A stretch of 64,000 nucleotides of DNA, taken from an uncultured Bacteroidales bacterium (GTDB lineage Bacteria; Bacteroidota; Bacteroidia; Bacteroidales; VadinHA17). Shown here piece by piece: positions 41,091-50,640 of this stretch. Position 1 is the stretch's first letter. Each line of letters opens with the position of its first letter. The stretch covers positions 65,570-129,569 of the forward strand of contig CAWJLF010000007.1 in the NCBI GenBank assembly GCA_963843635.1, written 5' to 3'. A program made the translations under genes and the position numbers. A model generated the notes under the pieces. It was not told the DNA's origin, made no database searches, and worked only from the letters and a program-made list of their open reading frames with translations.

Positions 41091-42461
41091 TTAGACGCTT
41101 TCAGGCACCACATATGGTTCTCTGTACACCCTGGTAAGCATTTTGTCGGCTTCCGGATCATTTATGAACTTCTCCTTCTCACCATCAAACTTCAGTTCAC
41201 GACCTATACGGTAAGAAATGTTTGCCAGCAGAGGCAAAGCAGAGGAACGGAATCCTTCACTTATATCACTATGAAGAGAATCGTTATTACCTGACCTTAT
41301 AGCATCGATGAAATTAGCATAGTGTTCCGTTCCGCCCGGTGCTGCAAGATAATTTGAAGCGACATCTTGCTTTTCAATTGTAGCAGAACCTGTAAAAGGC
41401 TCCTTTTCGCGTTGTCGGAAAGCTTTCCATGTTTCTGCATTCAGTTCAAGATATCCTTCGGTGCCATAGAAGATATTGCCGATTCTTATGCCCAGGCTCG
41501 ATTCATCATTTGTATAACGACCTCTGGTCTCAAATTCAAGTATTTTCCCGTCGCTGTACTTAAATAATGATGTCTGAGTATTTGGTGTCTCCTGTTCACA
41601 TTCGGCGGGATCAATACCATAGAGACCGCCCGTTGAAAATACAGAAACGGGATGTTCATTTTTATTTAGTCCCCATCGTGCTATGTCAAACTGGTGAGGT
41701 CCCTGATTACCGGTATCACCGTTTCCGGTTGCCCAAAACCAGTGCCAGTTATAATGAACATGTTTTTCATTATAAGGCCTGTAAGGAGCCGGGCCGAGCC
41801 ATCTGTCATAATGCAGGGTTTCAGGTGGATTACTGTCCTTTGCTATCCCAAATGAATCCCTTGGCTTATAGCACAAGCCTTTTGCCATGAAGACATCACC
41901 TATACCTCCATCGTGCAAAAACTTCATAGCCTGGATTACATTACTTATTGAGCGGTTCTGGAAACCGGTCTGAACACGCACATTATATTTCCGTGAAGCC
42001 TCAACCATTTTTCTGCCTTCAGCAATCTCATGGCTGGCAGGTTTCTCGACATATACATGTTTCCCCGCCTGGCAGGCCCAGATTGTGGCCAGTGCGTGCC
42101 AGTGATTTGGAATTGCGAACGACACGGCGTCAATGTCTTTATCTTCTAACACTTTTCTCATATCCCATTCTTTAATCGGATCAAGCCCGGTCTTTTCGAG
42201 GATCAACCTGGCTTTGTCTGCAAAATATTGCTCATCAACATCACAAATGGTTTTTAACCTTACATTTCTGTTATCCTTCAACGCACACCAGTTATTTATA
42301 TGGGTACCTCCCTGACCGCGTATTCCTGTAACGGCAAGAGTTATCCTTTCATTGGATCCTATTATGGAACCATATGAACGTGCACTAAAACCCATTCCTC
42401 CTATGGCAATGCCTGCAGTTCCTAAAATGCTTTTTTTGATAAATTCTCTTCTTTTTGTCAT
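41091..42461 (-). CDS. TAT-exported Gfo/Idh/MocA family oxidoreductase
   Basis: 456 aa. It has the twin-arginine signal MTKRREFIKKSILGTAGIAIGG, a Rossmann N-terminal domain (ITLAVTGIRGQGG) and the EKP motif (YVEKPASH). Confidence 0.85.
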   Translation of the reverse strand: MTKRREFIKKSILGTAGIAIGGMGFSARSYGSIIGSNERITLAVTGIRGQGGTHINNWCALKDNRNVRLKTICDVDEQYFADKARLILEKTGLDPIKEWDMRKVLEDKDIDAVSFAIPNHWHALATIWACQAGKHVYVEKPASHEIAEGRKMVEASRKYNVRVQTGFQNRSISNVIQAMKFLHDGGIGDVFMAKGLCYKPRDSFGIAKDSNPPETLHYDRWLGPAPYRPYNEKHVHYNWHWFWATGNGDTGNQGPHQFDIARWGLNKNEHPVSVFSTGGLYGIDPAECEQETPNTQTSLFKYSDGKILEFETRGRYTNDESSLGIRIGNIFYGTEGYLELNAETWKAFRQREKEPFTGSATIEKQDVASNYLAAPGGTEHYANFIDAIRSGNNDSLHSDISEGFRSSALPLLANISYRIGRELKFDGEKEKFINDPEADKMLTRVYREPYVVPESV

Positions 42462-42619
42462 TTCGAGTGAATTAATATTTATAATCTTCTTGACTAATTA
42501 CATAACGAGCAGGATAATTCATTATATTAATAGCATAAATTTAAGGATTTTTAAGATATAATATTAATAGTGTTGATTCGTTTATTAAATTAATAGTCTG
42601 TAAAGTTTCATCTAACCAT

Positions 42620-43237
42620 ATGGAAGTTATGTATAAATCAATTACCAAATTAGCATTTACGTTTATAATCCTGGTTATGGCAGTTTTGAAAGGGAACTGC
42701 CAGTCATCCCTTCCCGAAGATCTGATCAATAACCCCATACCTGATCAGTTGAAATATCTTGAAGAAAAAACCAGAATTTATGAAAACTACAGGGCCATCA
42801 GGGAGGATATGTTCCAGAAAATTAAGCAGAATGTTATCGATACAGTGAAATCTGCACACAAGGACATCAGAGCATTGCACTCTGAGGTAAAAGGTTTAAA
42901 CATTAAAATTGATTCTCTCAACAATTCCCTTGCCTCCACAAAAGAGAAACTTGAAGAAATAAGCATCACAAAAAACAGCATGAAGGTACTTGGTATGGAG
43001 GTTAACAAGGCTTCATACAATGCCTTAATGTGGACAATAATTGCAGTACTTGTATGCCTGTTGGTTTTCGGATTTATTGCCTTTAAAAGCAATGTGGCTA
43101 TTACTCAGAAAACCAGGAGAGAACTGGAGGAGCTAAAAGATGAATTTGAAGAGTACCGAAAGACATCTCGTGAAGCCCGTGAAAAAATGTCGATGGATCA
43201 TTTTAACGAGCTTAGGAGACTTCGAGGTGGAGGGTGA
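42620..43237 (+). CDS. hypothetical membrane-anchored coiled-coil protein
   Basis: 205 aa with a signal or anchor, a heptad-like central region, a TM helix (WTIIAVLVCLLVFGFIAF) and a charged tail. Confidence 0.5.
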   Translation: MEVMYKSITKLAFTFIILVMAVLKGNCQSSLPEDLINNPIPDQLKYLEEKTRIYENYRAIREDMFQKIKQNVIDTVKSAHKDIRALHSEVKGLNIKIDSLNNSLASTKEKLEEISITKNSMKVLGMEVNKASYNALMWTIIAVLVCLLVFGFIAFKSNVAITQKTRRELEELKDEFEEYRKTSREAREKMSMDHFNELRRLRGGG

Positions 43238-43328
43238 TTCACCTTCATAGTATTTTACTAGTCATTAGACTGACAAACAGGATGCTAATGATTTACCGGG
43301 TAAACTCCAGATATTATTTTATCCAGTT

Positions 43329-44848
43329 CTAATTTTTAAACTCAATCTTAAACCCGATTACCTGCCATTGAGGCATATGCACAGGCTTTTTAATTACCAG
43401 TGCCATTGCATTTTGTTTCCATATGACCTTTGCCTCACTACCCACCATCTTTACTGAAGCCACAGGTTTATTTGCCAGTTTGGTAGTTTTTGAAAGTGAT
43501 TTGATTAAAATATCTGCCTCCGGCTTACCTAAACAGAAAGCGTAGAGAGTCTTCCCTTTTGTTGTAAACCGTATATCTCCTGAAGTGAATCCGAAGTTCT
43601 CATCAAATCGCCCTAGTTTCTTTTCCGGTTTATTTTCAGGTTTTTCTCCGTAATATTTTCCACGGCCGGAACCATATATTCCTTCCCCATTGGCAGAGGT
43701 CCATATTCCGATTTCATCAAGAATCTTAAGCATGTCCGGCTCAAGATCACCTTCAGGTGTCTGTACGACATTGATCAGTAGGTTACCGTTCTTGCTCACA
43801 ATATCAACCAGCATCTGTATTATTTCTGTTGAAGTCTTATATTTCTGCCCTGTCCTGTAATACCAGTCACCTATTGATGTATCAGTCTGCCATGGAATAT
43901 TGACTCACAGTGTCCTTGATCCCACGTTCAAGATCTTCCACCCACATTCCCCCGGACTCCTGTTTACAAGTATACACAGCTTCAAGATGCCCGTTATTCT
44001 TTTCAATATCCTGATTATAAAAATGTGAAATAAGAGTTCTTCCAACATTTTCAAAAGGCATTTTACTGTCTGAATAAAGAAGATCGGGGTGATAATTATC
44101 AATCAGTTCTTTAATACACCTGTACCATTCAAGCTGAAAAGCAGGGTTATTTGTCAGCCATTCTTTATCACCAGGCATAGTTTTAGCATGATAAAGATCC
44201 TGGTAATCGAGGTTGGCTCCATCATAAGGAACACCAGCCATAGGTCCCTCTTTATCAGAACCATGAGCCGCCTGGAACCAGGTATAGCTGGCTCCCAGAT
44301 GTTCCGATACTCCAAACTTCAATACCCTGTTTTTTTGCAGCCTGTTGCCATATACCAACTACATCTTTCTTCGGTCCCATATTAACGGCATTCCACCTGT
44401 TGATCTTTGAATTCCAAAGGAAGAAATTATCATGATGTGTGCCCATACTGACAAAATATTTTGCTCCGGCTTTTTTATAAAGAGCCATGAGTTTATCAGG
44501 ATCCCATCTCTCTGCTTTCCAGAGTGGAATAATATCCTTGTAACCAAACACTGACGGATGACCATAATGTTCCAGATGATACTTATAGGCAGGATCATTT
44601 TCCTGGTACATTCTCCTGGCATACCAGTCGCCCTGCCGAGGTACGGCCTGTGGACCCCAATGTGCCCATATACCAAATTTTGCATCACGAAACCATTCAG
44701 GACAACTGTACTGCTTAAGCGATTCATCAGTAGGCTTGAACGGGCCTTCTGCAACAGGTGGTTTTTGCTGCTGTGCAAAAGAAGAAAATATTAAAACAAC
44801 AACCAGCAAACCTGATAGAATACTGTGTTTCATAGGATTGGTTTTCAT
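43329..44848 (-). pseudogene. GH29 alpha-L-fucosidase, split into three frames
   Basis: The first fragment has a signal peptide plus WFRDAKFGIWAHWGPQAVP...YFVSMGTHHDNFFLWNS. The second is ...GVSEHLGASYTWF...YHPDLLYSD. The third is ...NGNLLINVVQTPEGDL. The pieces are contiguous in homology across 44255..44848, 43882..44358 and 43329..43814. Confidence 0.85.
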
Positions 44849-44888
44849 GTTTTAAGATTTATTATTGATTATCAAACAATGGTTCTTT

Positions 44889-45905
44889 TCACTTTTTACG
44901 CAGAATCGATTTTCTCCAAAGGAATTCCTCTTCGATATAAATTTTATTTCTGCCTCTGTTAATTTTTTTTTCAATTTCATTAATAAGTAGCTTGCAGGCT
45001 TCAATACCCATTCTTCTTGGATCCTGATTAATGACTGTTAATTGAGGATCAAAGAAATCAGTAATTTCATTGAATCCATAAGCAAAGATTCCGATATCTT
45101 CTGGTATTCTGAGTCCGGCTTCCTTTGCAGCTTTGTACGCTCCCAGGGCAACTCTGTCATTTACTGCAAAAACAAGCTCAGGAAGGATTCCCGCACTATT
45201 TAATTTTTTAAAAGAGTCGTAACCATCGTTAAGTTCAAAACCACCCTCTATAATCCATTCTTTTCTCACAGGGAGTTTGTGACTGGTAAGTGTATCTGTA
45301 AAACCTTCAAGTCGTTCTTTCCCTATATTGGTTTTTGAATATCCCGAAAAATTTGCTATTCTCGTATAACCTTCAAGGATAATCCGGTTTAGGGAATTCA
45401 CAGCTCCCGGTTTATCATTAAACACAACCCTTGAAAATTTCATATTCTCAAAAGCACGGTCAAAAAACACCAGAGGGATATTCATTTTGCTTACTTTCGT
45501 ATACACCTGTCTGTCTGTCGTTTCCTGGGAAAGACAAACTAAAAGGCCATCAACCCTCATGCCGATCAGGTTCTCGATATTCTGTTTTTCGATGCTTTCC
45601 TTCTCGCGGGAAACAGTAAGTATAACATAATAATTATGCTCAGTGGCATAATCTATCATGCTGTCAACAATATATGAAAAGAAGCTGTTTTCGAGGTCAG
45701 GAACAACAATCCCTATTGTAAATGTCCGTCGTGAATTCAACTGACGTGCGATCAGGTTCGGAACATATCCCATTTTTCCGGCAGTCTCAATAATCTTCTT
45801 CTTCATCGACCGTGAAATATCAGGATGATCGCGTAATGCTTTGGAGACAGTGACCCTTGAAATATTGAGTTCCTTAGCAATATCAGATTGTCTAATATTA
45901 ACCAT
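44889..45905 (-). CDS. LacI family transcriptional regulator
   Basis: The HTH IRQSDIAKELNISRVTVSKALRD is followed by a periplasmic-binding-protein-like sugar-binding fold. The start is chosen at the Met that aligns with LacI N-termini. Confidence 0.85.
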   Translation of the reverse strand: MVNIRQSDIAKELNISRVTVSKALRDHPDISRSMKKKIIETAGKMGYVPNLIARQLNSRRTFTIGIVVPDLENSFFSYIVDSMIDYATEHNYYVILTVSREKESIEKQNIENLIGMRVDGLLVCLSQETTDRQVYTKVSKMNIPLVFFDRAFENMKFSRVVFNDKPGAVNSLNRIILEGYTRIANFSGYSKTNIGKERLEGFTDTLTSHKLPVRKEWIIEGGFELNDGYDSFKKLNSAGILPELVFAVNDRVALGAYKAAKEAGLRIPEDIGIFAYGFNEITDFFDPQLTVINQDPRRMGIEACKLLINEIEKKINRGRNKIYIEEEFLWRKSILRKK

Positions 45906-45958
45906 CTTTTCCCACGGATTCAAATTTATATTTAAAAATAGTCAAAAAAAGGATCCTC

Positions 45959-47095
45959 TTAATACCGCACTTTAATCCTGATCTCACCCGGTACTTCGTT
46001 TTCTGAGACAACAATGACATAACCTCCACCGCAACCTGAAGTAATCGCACCCGGGTAATTCGAAAAATAGACTGTTTCCATTTCTCCCATGATATCATCT
46101 GGTACAGTCAGTGGTAATATCTTCTTCCACGATATAAGGGTATCGGATAATGATTTACCAAAGCCTTTTATATCTTTTTTAATAATGCTTTCCCAACATC
46201 TGTCACCAGCTTCTCCAAGGTCCCTGATTAAATGTTTTTCAAGATGCATCTCTTTTAACGGATCATATCCCTCAGGTCGTGGATTAAGAGGCACCAGATG
46301 AATTACATCTGTAAGCCAGTCACATATATCTTTATCTACGGAAGAATGAATGTAATCAGGCCAGTATTCTCCATTATAGTGAAGCCTGTTCACCCCGGGC
46401 ATAAGTAAACCAAGATGGTCCTGAGAGCCTGCAACATATTGCGTTCCCGGAGGGTTCTCCGCTCCGAATAATATCTTTGCATTTTCTATCGGATCTCCGT
46501 CAGGATAGCTGTCTCCCCATATCTTTATGCCAAAATCGCGTGAACTGGTAGCAAGCCCTGATCTGCTGTTGAAATCCATTGTAGGCCAGATCTGGGCCAC
46601 AACGACAGAACCATGATGTATTTTTGATACCCATGGCTGGTCAATCCAGCCGCCAGCCAGACATAACCTGTAGGGAAACCTCATATTCTTTTTTGTCCCT
46701 GAACTGGAACGTGGTGGCAGACCTGGTTCAGGAAGACGGTCAAGAATAAGATATTCCATTCCCAGCTCATTACACAATTTCTCTTTTTCAGGAGTATGTC
46801 CGTCAGCATTAACTATAAAAATATCGGGACTGATCCTTTTCATTTCGGGCAAGAAATCAAGCAAACCCGTTCCGGTTGCGATAAAGGCATCATGTACATA
46901 ACGTATTGATCTGACTATGTACATACGTTCATCTTCCGAGAATACAGGCCGCGTTCCTTTCAGCATCTTTATGTTTTCATCGCTTCCCAGGCTGACATAC
47001 AGATCACCATAGGCTGCAGCCGTCTTGAAGAAAGCAATATGTCCTCCATGGAGGAGGTCATAACAGCCGCTTACCAGAACTTTTTTGCGTTTCAT
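45959..47095 (-). CDS. fusion protein: N-terminal cytidylyltransferase-fold nucleotidyltransferase plus C-terminal GHMP-type sugar kinase
   Basis: The N-terminus KVLVSGCYDLLHGGHIAFF carries an HxGH motif as in TagD or HldE domain II. The C-terminal half has RLCLAGGWIDQPW, NSRSGLATSS, GSQD and TSGCGGGYVIVV. These correspond to GHMP kinase motifs of the fucokinase/HddA subgroup. Confidence 0.65.
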   Translation of the reverse strand: MKRKKVLVSGCYDLLHGGHIAFFKTAAAYGDLYVSLGSDENIKMLKGTRPVFSEDERMYIVRSIRYVHDAFIATGTGLLDFLPEMKRISPDIFIVNADGHTPEKEKLCNELGMEYLILDRLPEPGLPPRSSSGTKKNMRFPYRLCLAGGWIDQPWVSKIHHGSVVVAQIWPTMDFNSRSGLATSSRDFGIKIWGDSYPDGDPIENAKILFGAENPPGTQYVAGSQDHLGLLMPGVNRLHYNGEYWPDYIHSSVDKDICDWLTDVIHLVPLNPRPEGYDPLKEMHLEKHLIRDLGEAGDRCWESIIKKDIKGFGKSLSDTLISWKKILPLTVPDDIMGEMETVYFSNYPGAITSGCGGGYVIVVSENEVPGEIRIKVRY

Positions 47096-47108
47096 TCAAT
47101 GAAAAAAC

Positions 47109-48110
47109 TTATTTATTGAACCGATTAGCTCCTTTTTTTCTTCTGCTCTCCCCAACAAGCTGTTCACTTATCCAGTCATATGTTTTTTTGATCCCTTCCC
47201 TCAGAGGAATTGAAGGTTCCCAGCCCAGATATTTTCTAATCAGAGTATTTTCCGAATTGCGGCCTCTTACACCTTTAGGAGCTTTGAGATCATAAGTCCT
47301 TTTAAGTTTATATCCTGCTATATTCTCAACTATATCGACGAGCTGATTTATCGAAACCATCTCACTGCTCCCAAGATTTAACGGCTCTTCAATATCACTG
47401 TACATAATATCCTGAATTCCTTTAATGCAATCATCAATATACATAAAGCTCCTGGTCTGATTACCGTCACCCCAGATCACAATCTCTTTTTTTCCTGTAA
47501 TACCAGCCTCGATTACCTTCCTGCAAATGGCAGCAGGAGCCTTTTCCCTACCCCCGTCAAATGTGCCATAGGGACCATATACATTATGAAACCTGGCCAC
47601 CCTTGTGATAATACCATAGTCTTCCCTGAAATGCCGGCACATTCTCTCGCTAAACAGTTTTTCCCATCCGTATCCGTCTTCGGCCAGTGCCGGGTAAGCA
47701 TCAGATTCCTTTAATCCGGGATTATCGGGGTCAGTCTGTTTTTCAGCATTATAAACACAGGCAGATGAGGCGTAAAAAAACCTTTCAATACCACAATCCC
47801 TGGCTGCCAAAAGAAGATGTGTGTTTATAAGGACACTGATCATACAGGCCGCTTTATTATTTTCAATAAAACCCATACCGCCCATATCTGCAGCAAGGTT
47901 AAAAACTTCGTTAAAGCCATTTACTGCCTGATAACAATTTTCTCTCAGACGCAAATCCAGCACAAGATTATCGGCATTGCCTGAAACCTGATACCATTCA
48001 TTCAATGGTTTTAAATCGACTGCTCTCACAATGTGACCTTCTTTAACCAGTTCTTTTACGAGATACCCGCCAATAAAACCACCTGCACCTGCTACAACAA
48101 TCTTTTTCAT
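47109..48110 (-). CDS. extended SDR epimerase resembling GDP-mannose 3,5-epimerase
   Basis: GAGGFIGGYL is followed by FNLAADMGGMGFI, RFFYASSACVY, GREKAPAAICRK and GVRGRNSEN. These blocks match what I recall as characteristic of GME rather than GalE or RmlB. Confidence 0.7.
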   Translation of the reverse strand: MKKIVVAGAGGFIGGYLVKELVKEGHIVRAVDLKPLNEWYQVSGNADNLVLDLRLRENCYQAVNGFNEVFNLAADMGGMGFIENNKAACMISVLINTHLLLAARDCGIERFFYASSACVYNAEKQTDPDNPGLKESDAYPALAEDGYGWEKLFSERMCRHFREDYGIITRVARFHNVYGPYGTFDGGREKAPAAICRKVIEAGITGKKEIVIWGDGNQTRSFMYIDDCIKGIQDIMYSDIEEPLNLGSSEMVSINQLVDIVENIAGYKLKRTYDLKAPKGVRGRNSENTLIRKYLGWEPSIPLREGIKKTYDWISEQLVGESRRKKGANRFNK

Positions 48111-48328
48111 AATTATTAATTTTAATCCTTACTTACACGGTAACTTTCGCGATTACTTTACAACATAAATTTAATATTATTATTCCGAATACAGAATTTT
48201 TCGGAGATAAATTTCATTATAAACTTCTCATTGTGCGGGACTCTATGACCCTCTGGTTGCAATTTTGTCCGGCTAATTAACCGGATATATCGTTTCCATC
48301 TTGCCCAAATGGGACAAACAAAGTCATA

Positions 48329-48547
48329 TTATTGTTTTTTCCAGGGTCTGAAACTAATAAAAAATAACAAGCCTACCAGTATTAACAGCACTCCCCAATA
48401 GATTCCAAAGTTAAGTTCTTTTAAAACAATATGAATATTTGATGAGGGAGCAACTGCTTCATAAATGCTTGCTATTAAAATGATTACCCCATAAAGAAAA
48501 AGAAGAGAGCCGATAAAAAACCATATGGAAATAAAACGTTTTTGCAT
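48329..48547 (-). CDS. small two-TM membrane protein downstream of the symporter
   Basis: 72 aa with two hydrophobic helices. Its start lies 9 nt after the stop of the SSS transporter gene, which suggests co-translation. Confidence 0.45.
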   Translation of the reverse strand: MQKRFISIWFFIGSLLFLYGVIILIASIYEAVAPSSNIHIVLKELNFGIYWGVLLILVGLLFFISFRPWKKQ

Positions 48548-48556
48548 TGTAACCTC

Positions 48557-50302
48557 CTACCAGAATATTATGTTAAGTGCTATGAAAACAATAAGTACAA
48601 TTACAGCCCAGAAAATCGGGCGTTGATGCAAACGCAGATCACCCTCGGATGGCAAAGGGGAGCAACCTCTCACTAATCCAACTAACTGAGATTCCGGTTT
48701 TGGTTTTGTCAAAAGGCTCACAATTACAGTCACGGCCACGGTAATAATCCAGCACCATAATGCCCTGTACATGTTTTCAGCCATATCCTTGGCATTCGCC
48801 GAAAGTGCAATTATCTTAAGTGCGCCTGGATCAATCCTTACCCAGAGCCACATGCCGACTGAAGAAACTATGCCGGCAAGCAATCCCCAGAAACCGCCCG
48901 CAGCTGTAGTGCGCTTCCACAGCATTCCAAAAATTACTGTTCCGAACAATGGCGCCACAAAGAAGCTGAATAATGCCTGGACATAATCCATTATACTTTC
49001 AAATTGCTGAACGAGATAAGCAGTACCGATACTTATCAATACTCCAATGATGGTACACCATCTGCCAATTTTAACATAGTGAGCATCAGAGCCTTCATTT
49101 TTTTTCAAAGCCAAATGAATCGGCTTATAAATATCGTAAGTCCATACAGTTGCAAAAGCACTTACATTACCGGCCATACCGGACATGAATCCTGCAATAA
49201 GCGCAGTTACTCCAAGTCCCAGCAACCCGGGTCCCGCATATCGTGCTAACATTAAAGGAAGAACTTCATTATAACTATGTGCCCCGGTCGCTACGGCCTC
49301 ACTCTGTCCGACTAAACCTGGGATAACTGCTAATCCTAAAAGTCCGGGAAGAATAACTATAAGAGGCACAAACATTTTGAATGAAGCACCGATAATAGGA
49401 GCCATTTTTGCCGATCGCAAATCTTTTGCAGAAAGAACTCTTTGTACAACCAGGAAGTCGGTCGTCCAGTATGAAAAAGAAATTACAAAACCCAATCCGA
49501 AAACAATTCCGGTCCAGTGAATGCCCATAGGGTTATCCTGGAAAGAACCAAGTGTATGCCAGAGATGGGTATAATCTCCCACGGGAAAATTTTGTTGTAT
49601 CCTTTCAACCATTCCACTCCATCCTCCTACTTCAACCAGACCAACTATAGGGATTATCAAAGCACCAAACCAGATCAACATAAACTGCAGTACCTCATTA
49701 AAAATTGCAGAAAGCAATCCGCCTAATACAACATATATCATGACAGTAAGCGAGGAAACCCAGATACTGAAATGAATATCCCAGCCCAGTACAACTTTCA
49801 TTACGAGTGCCATAGCATACATGTTTATTCCGCTCATAAGGACTGTCATAAATCCAAATGAAACAGCAGCAAGCATACTGGAATTTTCTCCAAATCTTAA
49901 TTTTAAATATCCGGGGACGGAATGTGTCTTGGAAACATAATAAAATGGCATCATAATTATTCCAAGGAAAAGCATCGCAGGAATGGCGCCAATCCAGTAC
50001 CAGTGCGTTGCAAGTATTCCGTATTGATACGATGCGGCAGCCCATCCCATTAATTCAAGGGAACCAAGATTAGCCGCAACAAAAGAAAGGCCAGCAATCC
50101 ATTTTGTCATACTTCTGCCGGCGAGGAAGAAATCAACACCTGTTTTGGTAAACCGGAGCAGGTAATATCCTATCCCCAAAACAAATGCGAAATAAAGGAC
50201 AATTATTATGGAATCAACCCAGTTTAGAGAGACTATTCTTGAAGTGTTGATCAATAATAAATTAGTGTGCGGTAGCAATGTCCTAAGCAGAATTTTACTC
50301 AT
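48557..50302 (-). CDS. sodium:solute symporter (SSS/SGLT family)
   Basis: 581 aa with about 14 TM segments. N-terminus LNWVDSIIIVLYFAFVLGIGYYL...FFLAGRSM; the rest has SGLT-like topology. Confidence 0.85.
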   Translation of the reverse strand: MSKILLRTLLPHTNLLLINTSRIVSLNWVDSIIIVLYFAFVLGIGYYLLRFTKTGVDFFLAGRSMTKWIAGLSFVAANLGSLELMGWAAASYQYGILATHWYWIGAIPAMLFLGIIMMPFYYVSKTHSVPGYLKLRFGENSSMLAAVSFGFMTVLMSGINMYAMALVMKVVLGWDIHFSIWVSSLTVMIYVVLGGLLSAIFNEVLQFMLIWFGALIIPIVGLVEVGGWSGMVERIQQNFPVGDYTHLWHTLGSFQDNPMGIHWTGIVFGLGFVISFSYWTTDFLVVQRVLSAKDLRSAKMAPIIGASFKMFVPLIVILPGLLGLAVIPGLVGQSEAVATGAHSYNEVLPLMLARYAGPGLLGLGVTALIAGFMSGMAGNVSAFATVWTYDIYKPIHLALKKNEGSDAHYVKIGRWCTIIGVLISIGTAYLVQQFESIMDYVQALFSFFVAPLFGTVIFGMLWKRTTAAGGFWGLLAGIVSSVGMWLWVRIDPGALKIIALSANAKDMAENMYRALWCWIITVAVTVIVSLLTKPKPESQLVGLVRGCSPLPSEGDLRLHQRPIFWAVIVLIVFIALNIIFW

Positions 50303-50640
50303 AGGTCACATTATTAATACTTTATTTCAAATTTTCTGATGCAGATATTTATATTCCATAACATATATAAATTATCTGTCCAACGCAGAATCAATTTTAC
50401 AAAATTTTAATATTATTCTCAATACCATATATATTATTTCCTAAAAAGGTTTTTATTTACCTTAACAGTATTGAATAAACTATCGGATTGAATCAGCCCA
50501 TATCTTAGATTCCTTTTCAGAAGGATGGCAATAATCCAAAGCTATGCCGGGAAGGAAAGTGCCATCTGGCGTCAGCATTCCGGGGCCAATGTCAACCTAT
50601 ATACAAGAATCAATCTAAATCCAAGCAGGTTAACTTAATT

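Noticed and set aside
44849-44888. Possible LacI operator (ttgat-t-atcaa) upstream of the GH29 gene
   Set aside because: It has only 5-bp arms in AT-rich DNA, which is expected by chance. No second copy was found upstream of the other candidate target genes.
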